Shown here in pieces: positions 36,364 to 45,924 of a stretch of DNA of 64,000 nucleotides (position 1 is the stretch's first letter; each line of letters starts with the position of its first letter). A program made the translations under genes and the position numbers. The stretch lies in the sequence record KX397373.1, one strand, 5' to 3'. Under the pieces are notes generated by a model, which saw nothing but the letters and a program-made list of their open reading frames with translations, did not search any database and had not been told where the DNA came from.

Positions 36364-36951
36364 ATGAGTCGTGCCAAAAAGTCCAACGGTTTTAACCCTC
36401 GCCAGAACGCGCGTGACTATATCCGCAACGCGATGCAGGGTATTCTCAGCATCAGTCTGATGTTTGAAGAAGAAACCAAAATCCTGTCACAGAAAATCGA
36501 CCGTGAGCGTGAAGTGTCATCCACGATCGGTTACGAACCGCTGCGTATCTTTACGCTGGAAAAACTGGATGAAGCCCAGGCTGGTTTCATCGGGTTAATG
36601 AAAGAAGGCAAAGAGAAACTCGATGCCCTCAATATTGAAGCTGACGCCACGGCGGTCGAGCTGCAAACCCTGGTGAACGAGAATCGCTGGGACACCATTA
36701 AAGACACCTACCCGGCGATGGAAATGGCCCTGGCTGCACACGCCACTGATGCCCACATCATCGGCCAACAGATTCAAGGTGCGGCCATTGAGATCCTGTC
36801 TCTGTATAATGGCCGTGTCAACTTCGTGAAGCAAGCTCTGAAAAGAGACATCGACTGGGACGTAGCACTGAAGATGCTGGCAGAAGCCGAAGCAGATCAG
36901 GCGAAGCCGGTTGAAGAAGCTGAAACCGTTGAGGAAGCTGCACATGTCTGA
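36364..36951 (+). CDS. hypothetical helical protein
   Basis: AAGGA RBS before ATG at 36364 (MSRAKK). Confidence 0.8.
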   Translation: MSRAKKSNGFNPRQNARDYIRNAMQGILSISLMFEEETKILSQKIDREREVSSTIGYEPLRIFTLEKLDEAQAGFIGLMKEGKEKLDALNIEADATAVELQTLVNENRWDTIKDTYPAMEMALAAHATDAHIIGQQIQGAAIEILSLYNGRVNFVKQALKRDIDWDVALKMLAEAEADQAKPVEEAETVEEAAHV

Positions 36952-39004
36952 ACCGTTAGATCAGCGCCCGTCCAACGTGCGCCGTCCCAATCTTAACCAG
37001 CCTGAGGTGTCGCAAGACACCCAGGAACTGGTGCTGCCACCGGCTGCGCAAATCCAGACCATGGATAGCGAAGACGCGGTGATGTTGATTAAGAAATCCA
37101 ACCCTGGTTTTTCTTTTGCCCGTGCTGAGCAAGTGTACAACGAACACTACCCTGTTCAGCCGCTGCAAGTCGAAGAACCGGTGCTGCAACGCCCGGTGTA
37201 TCAGCAGGAAGAACCCCCTGCCCCACCGGTTGCTCCTGCGGTAGCGCCGGAAACACTAAAGGTGCCGGAGGAAACCGCCCACGTTACCCAGCCCGCTGGC
37301 CCGGACACAACGATCTTCGTTGAGCCAAAACCAGAGCCGAAGGTAACGCATCAGCATGTTCACCAATCTGCGCCTGCGCAGAAAGAAACGACAGTGGACG
37401 ATAAACCATTCACTCCGGCTTCACCTGAAAAACAGGTACAGCACGCTGACCACGAAAAGAACGCTGCGCCGCAGGTGCGTCCGGGCGACAGCGAACGTCA
37501 GGTGAACTTCGGTAAAGGTGTGTATCAACCCGAAACGGCTGAGCTGCCCGAAGACGACCGTGATGCGGTACTGACTGGCCTGCGTCGTTTGGTTGGCCCG
37601 ATGCAAGACCCGAACTTAATCGGGAAAGACTTGCAGCGTTTCTTCTCCAGTGTGAAACGTTCCCCGGAAGACGGCCGTCTGTTGTTTGAAAGTGAAGAAC
37701 AGCAAAACCGCTACGGTCTTATCTACGCGGCGCTGAACATGACCCCGCCGACACTGCACAGTGGCGTGCAGGCGTTTGACCAGGCGTTAGAGCGTGCAGA
37801 TACCCCGTGGGAACAGCGTGTACTGCTGCCGGGTTTTGATAAGCCTGCTGGGTTAATCTCCCCGCGCAACAACATGCACACTGGCCCGATTGCTGCCCTG
37901 CGCCGTCGTCGCAAGACCGGTATTCCTAACTCGGTCTGGTTACCGGCTACCGGTATCTACGTCGGCTTCAAAGCACCGAACGAACGTGAGTTCTGTGATT
38001 TCGATATGCAGCTGACGCTGGAAACGGCCACCATCGGGATGCAGACGTACGGCCTGATGCTGTCGTCCTCGTCCGGTGTCTATATCCGCCACATGGTTGA
38101 GTTCGCCCTGCAATTCGTTACCGAGTGTACGCTCGACTGCGAAGGCAACGACATGAAGACCGTGCTGCTGGATAAGATTGACCTGGCTGACTACTGGCTG
38201 GTTATTCTGGGCCCAATCCAGGCGAAGTTCCCGGCCGGGTTACCGTGGACACTGATTTGTGGTCGTGACGGTTGCGAACACGAAGAAAGTGTGAAGCTGA
38301 ACATCGCCCGTTGTATCCGTATGGGTACCGGTCTGTACACCGACCTGCAACGTAACCTGTGGGCGCATCAGCGTGGTACCGATGACTTCCTGATCAGTCA
38401 GGCAGAACAAGCGGAGTTCGTGAACAACCACCTGAAAGACCCGGCTGCTGTCTTTGAAAAAGATGGCGTGACCGTGACCTTCGGTCGTTGTTCTATCGGC
38501 GAGTTCTTCGACCACACCGAAAGCTGGATGGCGGACATCAATGCCTCAACCACCACAGCATTGTCGGCCAACGGTACGGAGCGTGAGAAAGAGAACCATA
38601 TGCGCCTCACCGCAGAGACCCGTCGTCTGACCCGTTATGCCCACATGGTGGAATCTATCTCCGTGGTGGAAGAACAGGAAGTTGACGGTGAGCTCGTGCA
38701 GACCACGCAGACGGAACGTGACTACAAGAAGATTGTCGTGATGCTCGAAGAGTTATCACCTGACCGTCTGTATGTCAGTCAGTTCGAAGAAGCGATGGCG
38801 CTGTATAATGAGCGCTCACGTCTGGCCGTCTTCGGCTACATGGGACAGAAATGTTCTGTGTGCGGTGGCGACCATGACGGTGAGAAAGAAGGTCTGTACC
38901 GTGGTATCGTTACCATTTCTCCGGACAGGGTTTTTTTCGAGCTCTCTCGAGTGGTGTCCGAGATTCAGAAGTTTCTGCTCAGACAATACGGCGTTACTGG
39001 CTAG
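36944..39004 (+). CDS. probable tail/baseplate assembly chaperone (T4 gp26/gp51-like C-terminal part)
   Basis: Pro/Gln/Glu-rich N-terminus, two Cys clusters (CGRDGC and CSVC), ends ..DRVFF over a slippery site. Confidence 0.65.
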   Translation: MSEPLDQRPSNVRRPNLNQPEVSQDTQELVLPPAAQIQTMDSEDAVMLIKKSNPGFSFARAEQVYNEHYPVQPLQVEEPVLQRPVYQQEEPPAPPVAPAVAPETLKVPEETAHVTQPAGPDTTIFVEPKPEPKVTHQHVHQSAPAQKETTVDDKPFTPASPEKQVQHADHEKNAAPQVRPGDSERQVNFGKGVYQPETAELPEDDRDAVLTGLRRLVGPMQDPNLIGKDLQRFFSSVKRSPEDGRLLFESEEQQNRYGLIYAALNMTPPTLHSGVQAFDQALERADTPWEQRVLLPGFDKPAGLISPRNNMHTGPIAALRRRRKTGIPNSVWLPATGIYVGFKAPNEREFCDFDMQLTLETATIGMQTYGLMLSSSSGVYIRHMVEFALQFVTECTLDCEGNDMKTVLLDKIDLADYWLVILGPIQAKFPAGLPWTLICGRDGCEHEESVKLNIARCIRMGTGLYTDLQRNLWAHQRGTDDFLISQAEQAEFVNNHLKDPAAVFEKDGVTVTFGRCSIGEFFDHTESWMADINASTTTALSANGTEREKENHMRLTAETRRLTRYAHMVESISVVEEQEVDGELVQTTQTERDYKKIVVMLEELSPDRLYVSQFEEAMALYNERSRLAVFGYMGQKCSVCGGDHDGEKEGLYRGIVTISPDRVFFELSRVVSEIQKFLLRQYGVTG
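38932..38963 (+). promoter_or_regulatory. candidate -1 ribosomal frameshift signal
   Basis: In-frame T_TTT_TTC (38932-38), overlapped by G_GTT_TTT; 5-bp stem 38945-49/38959-63 after a 6-nt spacer. Confidence 0.7.
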
Positions 39005-39426
39005 ACCACGACGAAGTACCATCCGACCAGATAATCACGACCCTCAAGTTGGATACCACCTCACTGTTCAAGCAGCGTAGTACCCGACCGATTACGTATC
39101 AGGAAGCCCACAACGAGTTGATGGAAGCTTACGATGCAACACTCGGCCTGGATACAGGTGAGAACCATATCGGGTTGTCAGAGTTTGAGAACCCGGTAAC
39201 CGGTAGTCTGTACGAAATCTGGTATGCCACGTACCTGCGTGAGCAAATTGGTGAACACTTTCGTCTTTCGTTCGATGAGTTCTTAGACCGTCCTCGCTGG
39301 CAAATTATGATCATGCTGGAGGCGGTCAGGCGTCGCATGGCTATCCTCAACAAGGATATTCAGGCACAGCTTGAAGAGAACAAAGAGATGCGCGAATTGG
39401 AGAAAGAAAACAAGGGTCGTTCTTAA
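38938..39426 (+). CDS. -1 frame extension of the chaperone (track ORF 39049..39426)
   Basis: Frame is open from 38884; the track start is a TTG without an RBS. Confidence 0.65.
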   Translation, partial: RALSSGVRDSEVSAQTIRRYWLDHDEVPSDQIITTLKLDTTSLFKQRSTRPITYQEAHNELMEAYDATLGLDTGENHIGLSEFENPVTGSLYEIWYATYLREQIGEHFRLSFDEFLDRPRWQIMIMLEAVRRRMAILNKDIQAQLEENKEMRELEKENKGRS

Positions 39427-39458
39427 GGGGCTTCGGCCCCTTTTCCTTTTCTTTTTTT
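39427..39458 (+). terminator. intrinsic terminator
   Basis: GGGGC-TTCG-GCCCC followed by a T-rich tract. Confidence 0.85.
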
Positions 39459-39495
39459 GCCTTGGTATGAATCCCCAAAGTGCTGGAAACCTCCC

Positions 39496-40359
39496 ATGAT
39501 TGACATTTATACCGACTACGCGGCCGTACTGACGGTCAATCGCCATGAAGACCGTGCAGCGCCGATGCTAGACTTAGTGACCCTCGGTATCGATTACGGT
39601 TATGATGTGGCTTTAAGCGACGTGTATTTTGAACCGTCTTCTGACCCGGCGGATGAGACCATCCGGTTAGAAGGTATTATCGTGAAGTGTGCAGTCGCGC
39701 TCGGCAACCGCCTGGGCGTCGCCCTTAATCCACAAATCGTGTATCATAAACCCAAAGAGACCGTGCGTATCTTACACGGACTGCTGGAAAAGTTTGAAGA
39801 CTTCGACGACAGCGATAGCCTGTACGGCATCGTGATGTCTGGCGAAACCCCTGAGCACATTCTTGAGAACATGTGCCGTGTTGTGTACGGTGACAACAAC
39901 CTGCACTTCGAAGACCTCGTTATTTCAGTCGGCCCACGGGTGATGACCGTGATGCGTAACTACCTGGCGGCAGCAGCGCTGGAAGAACAGAAGGGTGACA
40001 ACGATTACCTGCGTATCGGCCGTATCGCGGCGTATCTGCGTACCTTCCCCCAAAACCCGTCAGCGTTTGTGTTCCTGAACCTGCCGCAAGAACCGGACAT
40101 GCTTGTGGTACAACAAGCGTTGTCGTTTGCGGACGACGAGTACAGCGACGATGAGTTACTGTTAATGTACGCGGTCGGGTTATCCGTGATTCCGTTCGAT
40201 GACTTCGACGGGGCCTACGGTGCGCTGGCCGGGAACCTAGAAAAGATTAACACCGACAACTACCCTCCTCTGCCGATTCTGGAACAGGGGTTGGTTGCCC
40301 TGAAAACCATCTACGGGCAAGACCGTGCGCAAGAGGAAGAGAATTATGAACAGGATTGA
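39496..40359 (+). CDS. conserved hypothetical protein
   Basis: Acidic ORF of about 287 aa immediately before the vRNAP subunit. Confidence 0.8.
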   Translation: MIDIYTDYAAVLTVNRHEDRAAPMLDLVTLGIDYGYDVALSDVYFEPSSDPADETIRLEGIIVKCAVALGNRLGVALNPQIVYHKPKETVRILHGLLEKFEDFDDSDSLYGIVMSGETPEHILENMCRVVYGDNNLHFEDLVISVGPRVMTVMRNYLAAAALEEQKGDNDYLRIGRIAAYLRTFPQNPSAFVFLNLPQEPDMLVVQQALSFADDEYSDDELLLMYAVGLSVIPFDDFDGAYGALAGNLEKINTDNYPPLPILEQGLVALKTIYGQDRAQEEENYEQD

Positions 40360-41653
40360 ATACCTGGTCGCAGCCTGTCACGCAGAAGCGTGGCGTCGAC
40401 TGGTATGGCGTATTGCGGTGTTTAACGTGGCCATCTTTAATGAGGATGGGGAACCGCCTGAACCGTACGACCTGACTTACATTGATGGCCTGCCGCATTT
40501 CTGGGATGTGCCGGTCGAAGATGAAGATGCGAAGTGGGAGCCGATTGAAGGGTGTAAAAAGGATGACGAACTGTTCATCCCGGAAGAACTCTTTGAGTTG
40601 CGTCCTGATATGTATCCCGGCTTAGAAGGCCCGGTGCAAACCTCCGTAGGGCGTTACGTCTTTAACTGGATTGTTATCTTCTACGCGTTCGGTACTCGCC
40701 TGCCGTACCAGGCGATTTCCAAGAACCCGCTGGAATACCAGAAAGAGATGTACCGCCGTTGTCTGGAACACGAAGACGATGAGCCAGAGAATGACGGGGC
40801 CATTCGTCCAAGCATGATAGGGCGCTTTGTAGGCGGTCTACACGAGCTTGCACCGATGACCCGTGGCATTGCCGCCACCGGCACGTTGCGTTCGCTGACG
40901 ACCCACCCAGACGCGTATAAGGTACGTGATGCATTACTGCTTAAGCACAAAGACGAGCTGGATAACCCGGCCGTCATCGTGATGATTGAAAAGGCATTGG
41001 ATGAACTGGATAAGGAATGGTTGAGCGGTGACCAGTCTATCGAGTTCTACAATTCGCCGAAATCCCGAATGCGTCGTCGTAAACTGATGTTGATGTACGG
41101 TATTCAAACCGCATTTAAAGAGGGGAGTGACTTTACCCTGGTGCCAACCAGCCTGATGGAAGTTGATGAAGGCGGGATGAAGAACCTGGTAGAGAAATTC
41201 AACGACACCCGTGAAGGGTCGTTCTCGCGTGGTGCGGAAACCGCGAAGGGGGGTGAGCAGGTACGTATCATTCAGATGATCTTCCAGAACCACCGTATCG
41301 TGGCCGGGGATTGTGGTACCAAGCTGACCCATCCGGTGGTCATTAACCTCGGCAACGTCACCCGTTATATCGGGATGAACGCCGTGGTAAACGGCAAACT
41401 GGCGCAGCTGACTGAGGCGTATTTGAAAGAACAGCTGGGCAAAGTTGTCCGTCTGCGACGCCCCATCTTATGTCAACTGGGTCACGTAGACTGCTGTGCT
41501 GCGTGCTCCTCGGCCCACAAAGCCGAAGAACCGCGTGCAATCGCCGCGGACATCTCCTCTGCGTTCTCCAACGTTATGACCAATGCGATGGGCGCAATGC
41601 ACGGCCGTGAAACCGTCGTGCAGGAATTCGTACCGTTAATCCACATTACTTAA
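40346..41653 (+). CDS. virion RNA polymerase beta-prime middle subunit (phiKZ gp80-like)
   Basis: GSFSRGAETAKGG, GDCGT and RRPILC...CCAAC beta-prime motifs. Confidence 0.85.
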   Translation: MNRIEYLVAACHAEAWRRLVWRIAVFNVAIFNEDGEPPEPYDLTYIDGLPHFWDVPVEDEDAKWEPIEGCKKDDELFIPEELFELRPDMYPGLEGPVQTSVGRYVFNWIVIFYAFGTRLPYQAISKNPLEYQKEMYRRCLEHEDDEPENDGAIRPSMIGRFVGGLHELAPMTRGIAATGTLRSLTTHPDAYKVRDALLLKHKDELDNPAVIVMIEKALDELDKEWLSGDQSIEFYNSPKSRMRRRKLMLMYGIQTAFKEGSDFTLVPTSLMEVDEGGMKNLVEKFNDTREGSFSRGAETAKGGEQVRIIQMIFQNHRIVAGDCGTKLTHPVVINLGNVTRYIGMNAVVNGKLAQLTEAYLKEQLGKVVRLRRPILCQLGHVDCCAACSSAHKAEEPRAIAADISSAFSNVMTNAMGAMHGRETVVQEFVPLIHIT

Positions 41654-41664
41654 GGATTATTACC

Positions 41665-42168
41665 ATGGCTACAACTGATATTAATACCCAGGACGCACGT
41701 CCTACTGCTACCCAGCGTTTGGCAGCCTCGTACGGCCAGGATGACCAACACCAGGTTAAACTGATCACCACGCAGCTGGATGAAGCCGGTGCGGCAGTTG
41801 GCCCGAACAAGGCCAAAGGCACGCAGACCGAGAAAGATGCGTATAACAAGCTGCACAGCTCGTTCCGTGCGTTGATGGACTTACGCGGTCAGGCATTCCT
41901 CGACGCGTTCTACGCGTTCGTTGAAGCAGCCCAGAAACACAAAAAAGGCATCTTCTACCAACCGCTGGTCACCCGCTATGCGGACGTGAACTTCCCGGAC
42001 AGCTCTGAGCGCGAAGTGTTTGTCGTGTTCATCAACATGCTGGTACGTTTTGCCGGGGCTTCCGACAAACGTCGTTGGCTGGAGCTGAACAAAGTCAGTC
42101 GTGTGACTGACCGCGTAACCGACCAGGAACTGGCTTCGCTGCTAGCCCACGCGTTTGGTGCGGCTTAA
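41665..42168 (+). CDS. conserved hypothetical protein
   Basis: AAGGA RBS; strong codon bias. Confidence 0.8.
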   Translation: MATTDINTQDARPTATQRLAASYGQDDQHQVKLITTQLDEAGAAVGPNKAKGTQTEKDAYNKLHSSFRALMDLRGQAFLDAFYAFVEAAQKHKKGIFYQPLVTRYADVNFPDSSEREVFVVFINMLVRFAGASDKRRWLELNKVSRVTDRVTDQELASLLAHAFGAA

Positions 42169-42175
42169 ATAAAAG

Positions 42176-42214
42176 TACCCACTCCTTTGCGGGAGTGGGT
42201 ATACTTCTTTTTTT
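42176..42214. terminator. bidirectional terminator
   Basis: TACCCACTCC-TTTGCG-GGAGTGGGTA with A and T flanks, between convergent genes. Confidence 0.85.
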
Positions 42215-42215
42215 G

Positions 42216-44006
42216 TCAAAATCCGTTGATGTACTCAATCGGGTCAGTGACGGTTTCGCCTTGACGAACCAGGAAGGTGGTCAACACTTTATCTTTGTCT
42301 GGCAGACAGAAGAAGTCGTTGGCAATCTCCATCGCATTCACTCGCCCTGCGGTTAAGTTCACCCCAGTACGGCGACGAATCTCTTCGCTGACTCCGGTAA
42401 TGCTTAACAGTTCAATCAGGGTAGTCTCACGCGATTGGTTCATCATGTTCGTGGCTGACGGGTACGCCTGGGTTAAGTCGGCATCCGCGGTTTGTCCACG
42501 GAAGGCAGAGTGGAACTGCGGTATCTCTTTCAAGATGTTCGTCAGACCATTCTCGGAGTTCATGCACGCGGTTAACGTCACAATCCATCCATCCGTCCCG
42601 ATAACCTCCTCATCGTAATCGTTGCGCATCGCCTGACCGGTACACCCAATAACCAGACTCGGGTTCTGTTCATACAGGTAGTACGTAAAGGCCACACAGA
42701 TACGTTTGGGTAGCGATGGGAAGATGTCGTACATCGAATAACCGGCCAGAATTGAGATTGCTGAGGCCAAGTCATTGGTCTTCTTGTCCAGCAGCAATAT
42801 CATCAGGTTATCGAAGATGTTATAGACGCAATACTCCAGCGCAAAGTCTTTCTGCGCTTTCAAGTGCCATTCGAGTTTCTCCTCATACGGCAAACCAGGG
42901 ATGTCGAGTTTGTTTAATCCTAACTCGCTGTCCAGGATGGCGTTTAACTTGTACGACGGGCGCTGACCTTCGTGTACACGCAAGGAACGGAACAGACACA
43001 TGGCATCGACAAAGAAGAAGGACGCCATGCAATACAGAACGTGCCACTGTTGAGACGGGGCCTTGGTCAACGACTTCGACTCGGTCTTCTTCGATGCCTG
43101 GTCTTTCTTAAACCACACCTTACGGTACTTCTGCGGTACGCTCGGATGAGAGAAAACGTCTTCCGGGGCGATATTATCACGCTCTAACGCTTCCAGCATA
43201 CGTGAAATATCGAACTCGTGGTTCCAGGCGACCATCAAGTCCGGTAAGCGTGGATGGATTTCTTCAAACATCCTGACCACGGCGTGACCAGAGGTGGCAC
43301 ACTCGTGGGCCGTGATGGTGAAGCCTTCCAATACGTTCTTGATTTTGATTTCGTCTTCGCCAGTCTTTTTGTTCTTGCCACGGAACTCAATCTTCGACAG
43401 CATCTCCTGTGCACGTTTCAGTAACCGCTCACCGAAGTTCACTTTACCACAACGGGCAATGTAGTCCTGGGTGGCAAAGAAGTGAATCTCGTCATCCAGC
43501 ACGAAGCTCATTAACCACGGGTCACGCGAACCGTCCTCTTCACGCGTTTCCACGTCGTAGATACACAGGCGGTTAGGGGTGACGCTGTTGGGCCACTTCT
43601 TTAAATACTTCTGCTTAATCCAGCTGGTGACCGGTAAGTCCGCCCAATACACATACGGACTGGAACACACCTGGCGCAGACGTTTCTTCGGGTCAGGGAA
43701 ACGCACACCTAGCCCGGCTTGAATGGTGATGGACATGCCCACATCAGTGGTCATAAACTCCTGCGTCTTACTGCGTTCTTCGTACTCTTTTTTCTCTTGA
43801 TGATTACGGTGCGGAGGCTGGGTAATATAGATAGGACGTTTGAGATTCTCACGTCCAAACACCCGTGGAATCAGCCTGCCGTCTTTAGTATGGATGACCT
43901 CTTTCACGAGGACAAAGTCGTTTTGCTTTTCATCGTCTGTCGCATAAGCGACATGCTTGCACTCTTTAGCGATTACGTCCTCGGGTGCAAAATAGTTATT
44001 GATCAT
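42216..44006 (-). CDS. family-B DNA polymerase, exonuclease plus motif A half (phiKZ gp82-like)
   Basis: ExoI YDVET, ExoII WNHEFD, ExoIII YNIFD and motif A DADLTQAYPS; likely start MINNYF at 44006. Confidence 0.85.
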   Translation of the reverse strand: MINNYFAPEDVIAKECKHVAYATDDEKQNDFVLVKEVIHTKDGRLIPRVFGRENLKRPIYITQPPHRNHQEKKEYEERSKTQEFMTTDVGMSITIQAGLGVRFPDPKKRLRQVCSSPYVYWADLPVTSWIKQKYLKKWPNSVTPNRLCIYDVETREEDGSRDPWLMSFVLDDEIHFFATQDYIARCGKVNFGERLLKRAQEMLSKIEFRGKNKKTGEDEIKIKNVLEGFTITAHECATSGHAVVRMFEEIHPRLPDLMVAWNHEFDISRMLEALERDNIAPEDVFSHPSVPQKYRKVWFKKDQASKKTESKSLTKAPSQQWHVLYCMASFFFVDAMCLFRSLRVHEGQRPSYKLNAILDSELGLNKLDIPGLPYEEKLEWHLKAQKDFALEYCVYNIFDNLMILLLDKKTNDLASAISILAGYSMYDIFPSLPKRICVAFTYYLYEQNPSLVIGCTGQAMRNDYDEEVIGTDGWIVTLTACMNSENGLTNILKEIPQFHSAFRGQTADADLTQAYPSATNMMNQSRETTLIELLSITGVSEEIRRRTGVNLTAGRVNAMEIANDFFCLPDKDKVLTTFLVRQGETVTDPIEYINGF

Positions 44007-44078
44007 GGGTTCACTCTCAAATCTGGTGGCTGCTATATTGATTTGCGGGTAGCGTAATTTTCTATTAAGGAACGTCAA

Positions 44079-45434
44079 ATGGGACACTGGCAAAGACACA
44101 TTAAAACAGTGGCCGAAGCGCAAGCGGTGGCCAGGGAATCTATCCGATTCCAGGATAAAAAGAAACTCGCCGAGTTGGCGGATATAGTTGGTAAATTCCG
44201 TGCGGCGGGGGACTTCTCTCCGGCGGGATACGATAGTTCTGGTGTGGCTGCCTGGGTTCTGAAAACCGTTGGTCTGACAATCCTGTTCCGTAACGGTGCC
44301 GAGCTGGGCGTCGTTGACGTGGTCTTCGCCGGTGTGGAACCACCGAAGCTGGATGCGAACAGCCCGATTGTCAGCAGCCTGCACCGTGTGTTCTATCAGG
44401 GCAACAAAGACCTCGACGTCTACAGCAAGTTCATTAAAGAGAACGAGCTGAACGGGGAGTTCGATGATGCGAACGCCAAGGTGTCGGGCGACCTCAGTAA
44501 AGTGCCGTCCCCACTTTACCTGACCCCGAAAATGCTGACGTCCTTAGAGTTGTCGGATTTAGAAGTGGCCTCCGTGATTCTCCACGAAGTGGGGCACGTC
44601 TACTACTACTTCCGTACGCTGATGCGCACCCTGATTACCAACCTGGTTGCCGATGCTGCGGCCAACCGCATGATGGAAACCGAAGATGCTGCGGTGCGTC
44701 TGAAGGTGGTGAAGGATGTCGAGCGTATTCTTGATACCAAAGTGAACGAACCGGAAACCATTTGCAAAGAGTTCAAAAAAGAGAACATCTATATGCACCT
44801 GGTGACCCAGACGTTGCTTGACCGTCCTTACGTGACCGGTGGGCAAGGGTTTGCGAACCGTACCTGGGAACGTGCAGCTGATGACTTCGCCGCTCGCTTT
44901 GGCGCAGCGCCGTATCTGGCTTCGGCACTGTACAAGATGGAAAGCGATCGCTTCTATCTGTTCCGCAACCGTTCGTACATGAACTACGGTGTGCACCTCA
45001 CCATCGAGATGCTCGAAGTGGCTTACCTGATTGTGTCCTTTGCGACGCCGTTTGGAATGCTGTTCGGTTCAATCTCGCTGCTGTTCGGTCTGGTGATTAA
45101 CGACCCAGAAAACACCATCTACGATCCGCCGCAGGAACGCTTTGAAACTATGCGCCGGAATTTGGTGGAAGAACTGAACACGCTGAAGGACAAGAACACC
45201 AAAGCGGCCAACGACCAACGTAAACGTATCCTGGATGGGATTGCGGCGGTAGACAACATCCTCAAAACAGTGAAGGATAAAGATAACATCTATTCCTTCC
45301 TGATGAAGACGTTGACCCCAGCCGGGCGTCGTGAGCGCAAAGCGGTGGATTACCAGCGCTCGCTTGAGCGTTACCTGTCCAACGACCTGCGTGTGGCATC
45401 AGCCAAACTGAACCAACTTGCTGCGGTAAAGTAG
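44079..45434 (+). CDS. virion head protein with zincin motif
   Basis: HEVGH, ERAADDFA and a hydrophobic segment near the C-terminus; lies in the head-gene block. Confidence 0.7.
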   Translation: MGHWQRHIKTVAEAQAVARESIRFQDKKKLAELADIVGKFRAAGDFSPAGYDSSGVAAWVLKTVGLTILFRNGAELGVVDVVFAGVEPPKLDANSPIVSSLHRVFYQGNKDLDVYSKFIKENELNGEFDDANAKVSGDLSKVPSPLYLTPKMLTSLELSDLEVASVILHEVGHVYYYFRTLMRTLITNLVADAAANRMMETEDAAVRLKVVKDVERILDTKVNEPETICKEFKKENIYMHLVTQTLLDRPYVTGGQGFANRTWERAADDFAARFGAAPYLASALYKMESDRFYLFRNRSYMNYGVHLTIEMLEVAYLIVSFATPFGMLFGSISLLFGLVINDPENTIYDPPQERFETMRRNLVEELNTLKDKNTKAANDQRKRILDGIAAVDNILKTVKDKDNIYSFLMKTLTPAGRRERKAVDYQRSLERYLSNDLRVASAKLNQLAAVK

Positions 45435-45910
45435 CAGGGGAGTCGGTCGGGCAACAACCGGAGTACCTCTGGATTACCTTACCGTATCGATGGCAGGTGC
45501 TCTCAGCTGCACAGATTGACCACGACCTGAACGGGATGCGCTACGGCGTAGACCCGGTACCGTTGGTAGGCTATTCGAATAAGGTAGAAGCGATTAAAGC
45601 CGCTATCTCGTATGCCTCTATTCACAACGCAGGCACGGCACCAGGGGACGTGGATAAAACCATTGCCCCGATTATTGTGCAACAGCGTGGCAATACGTTA
45701 CTGCTGAGAAGTACCGGACTGGCCAACAACCTGACAGAAGGCGACAAGACACACATCTACCGTGTCCGCACTGCCGAATGCTCAGAAGCCTGGCAACAGT
45801 CGTTCGATGGCTCCCCCGAATACTACACGTACGGCGCGACCACTTACGAAGAAGTCGAGTTTGACTCGATTCTTAATTTTATCAAAGGGGCAGGGCTAAC
45901 CGTCTCTTAA
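45428..45910 (+). CDS. ORF in the -1 frame of the zincin head gene (track ORF 45497..45910)
   Basis: Frame is open from 45368 across the upstream stop; no clear RBS before the GTG or ATG. Confidence 0.5.
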   Translation, partial: KVAGESVGQQPEYLWITLPYRWQVLSAAQIDHDLNGMRYGVDPVPLVGYSNKVEAIKAAISYASIHNAGTAPGDVDKTIAPIIVQQRGNTLLLRSTGLANNLTEGDKTHIYRVRTAECSEAWQQSFDGSPEYYTYGATTYEEVEFDSILNFIKGAGLTVS

Positions 45911-45924
45911 CCTAGGGTGATATC

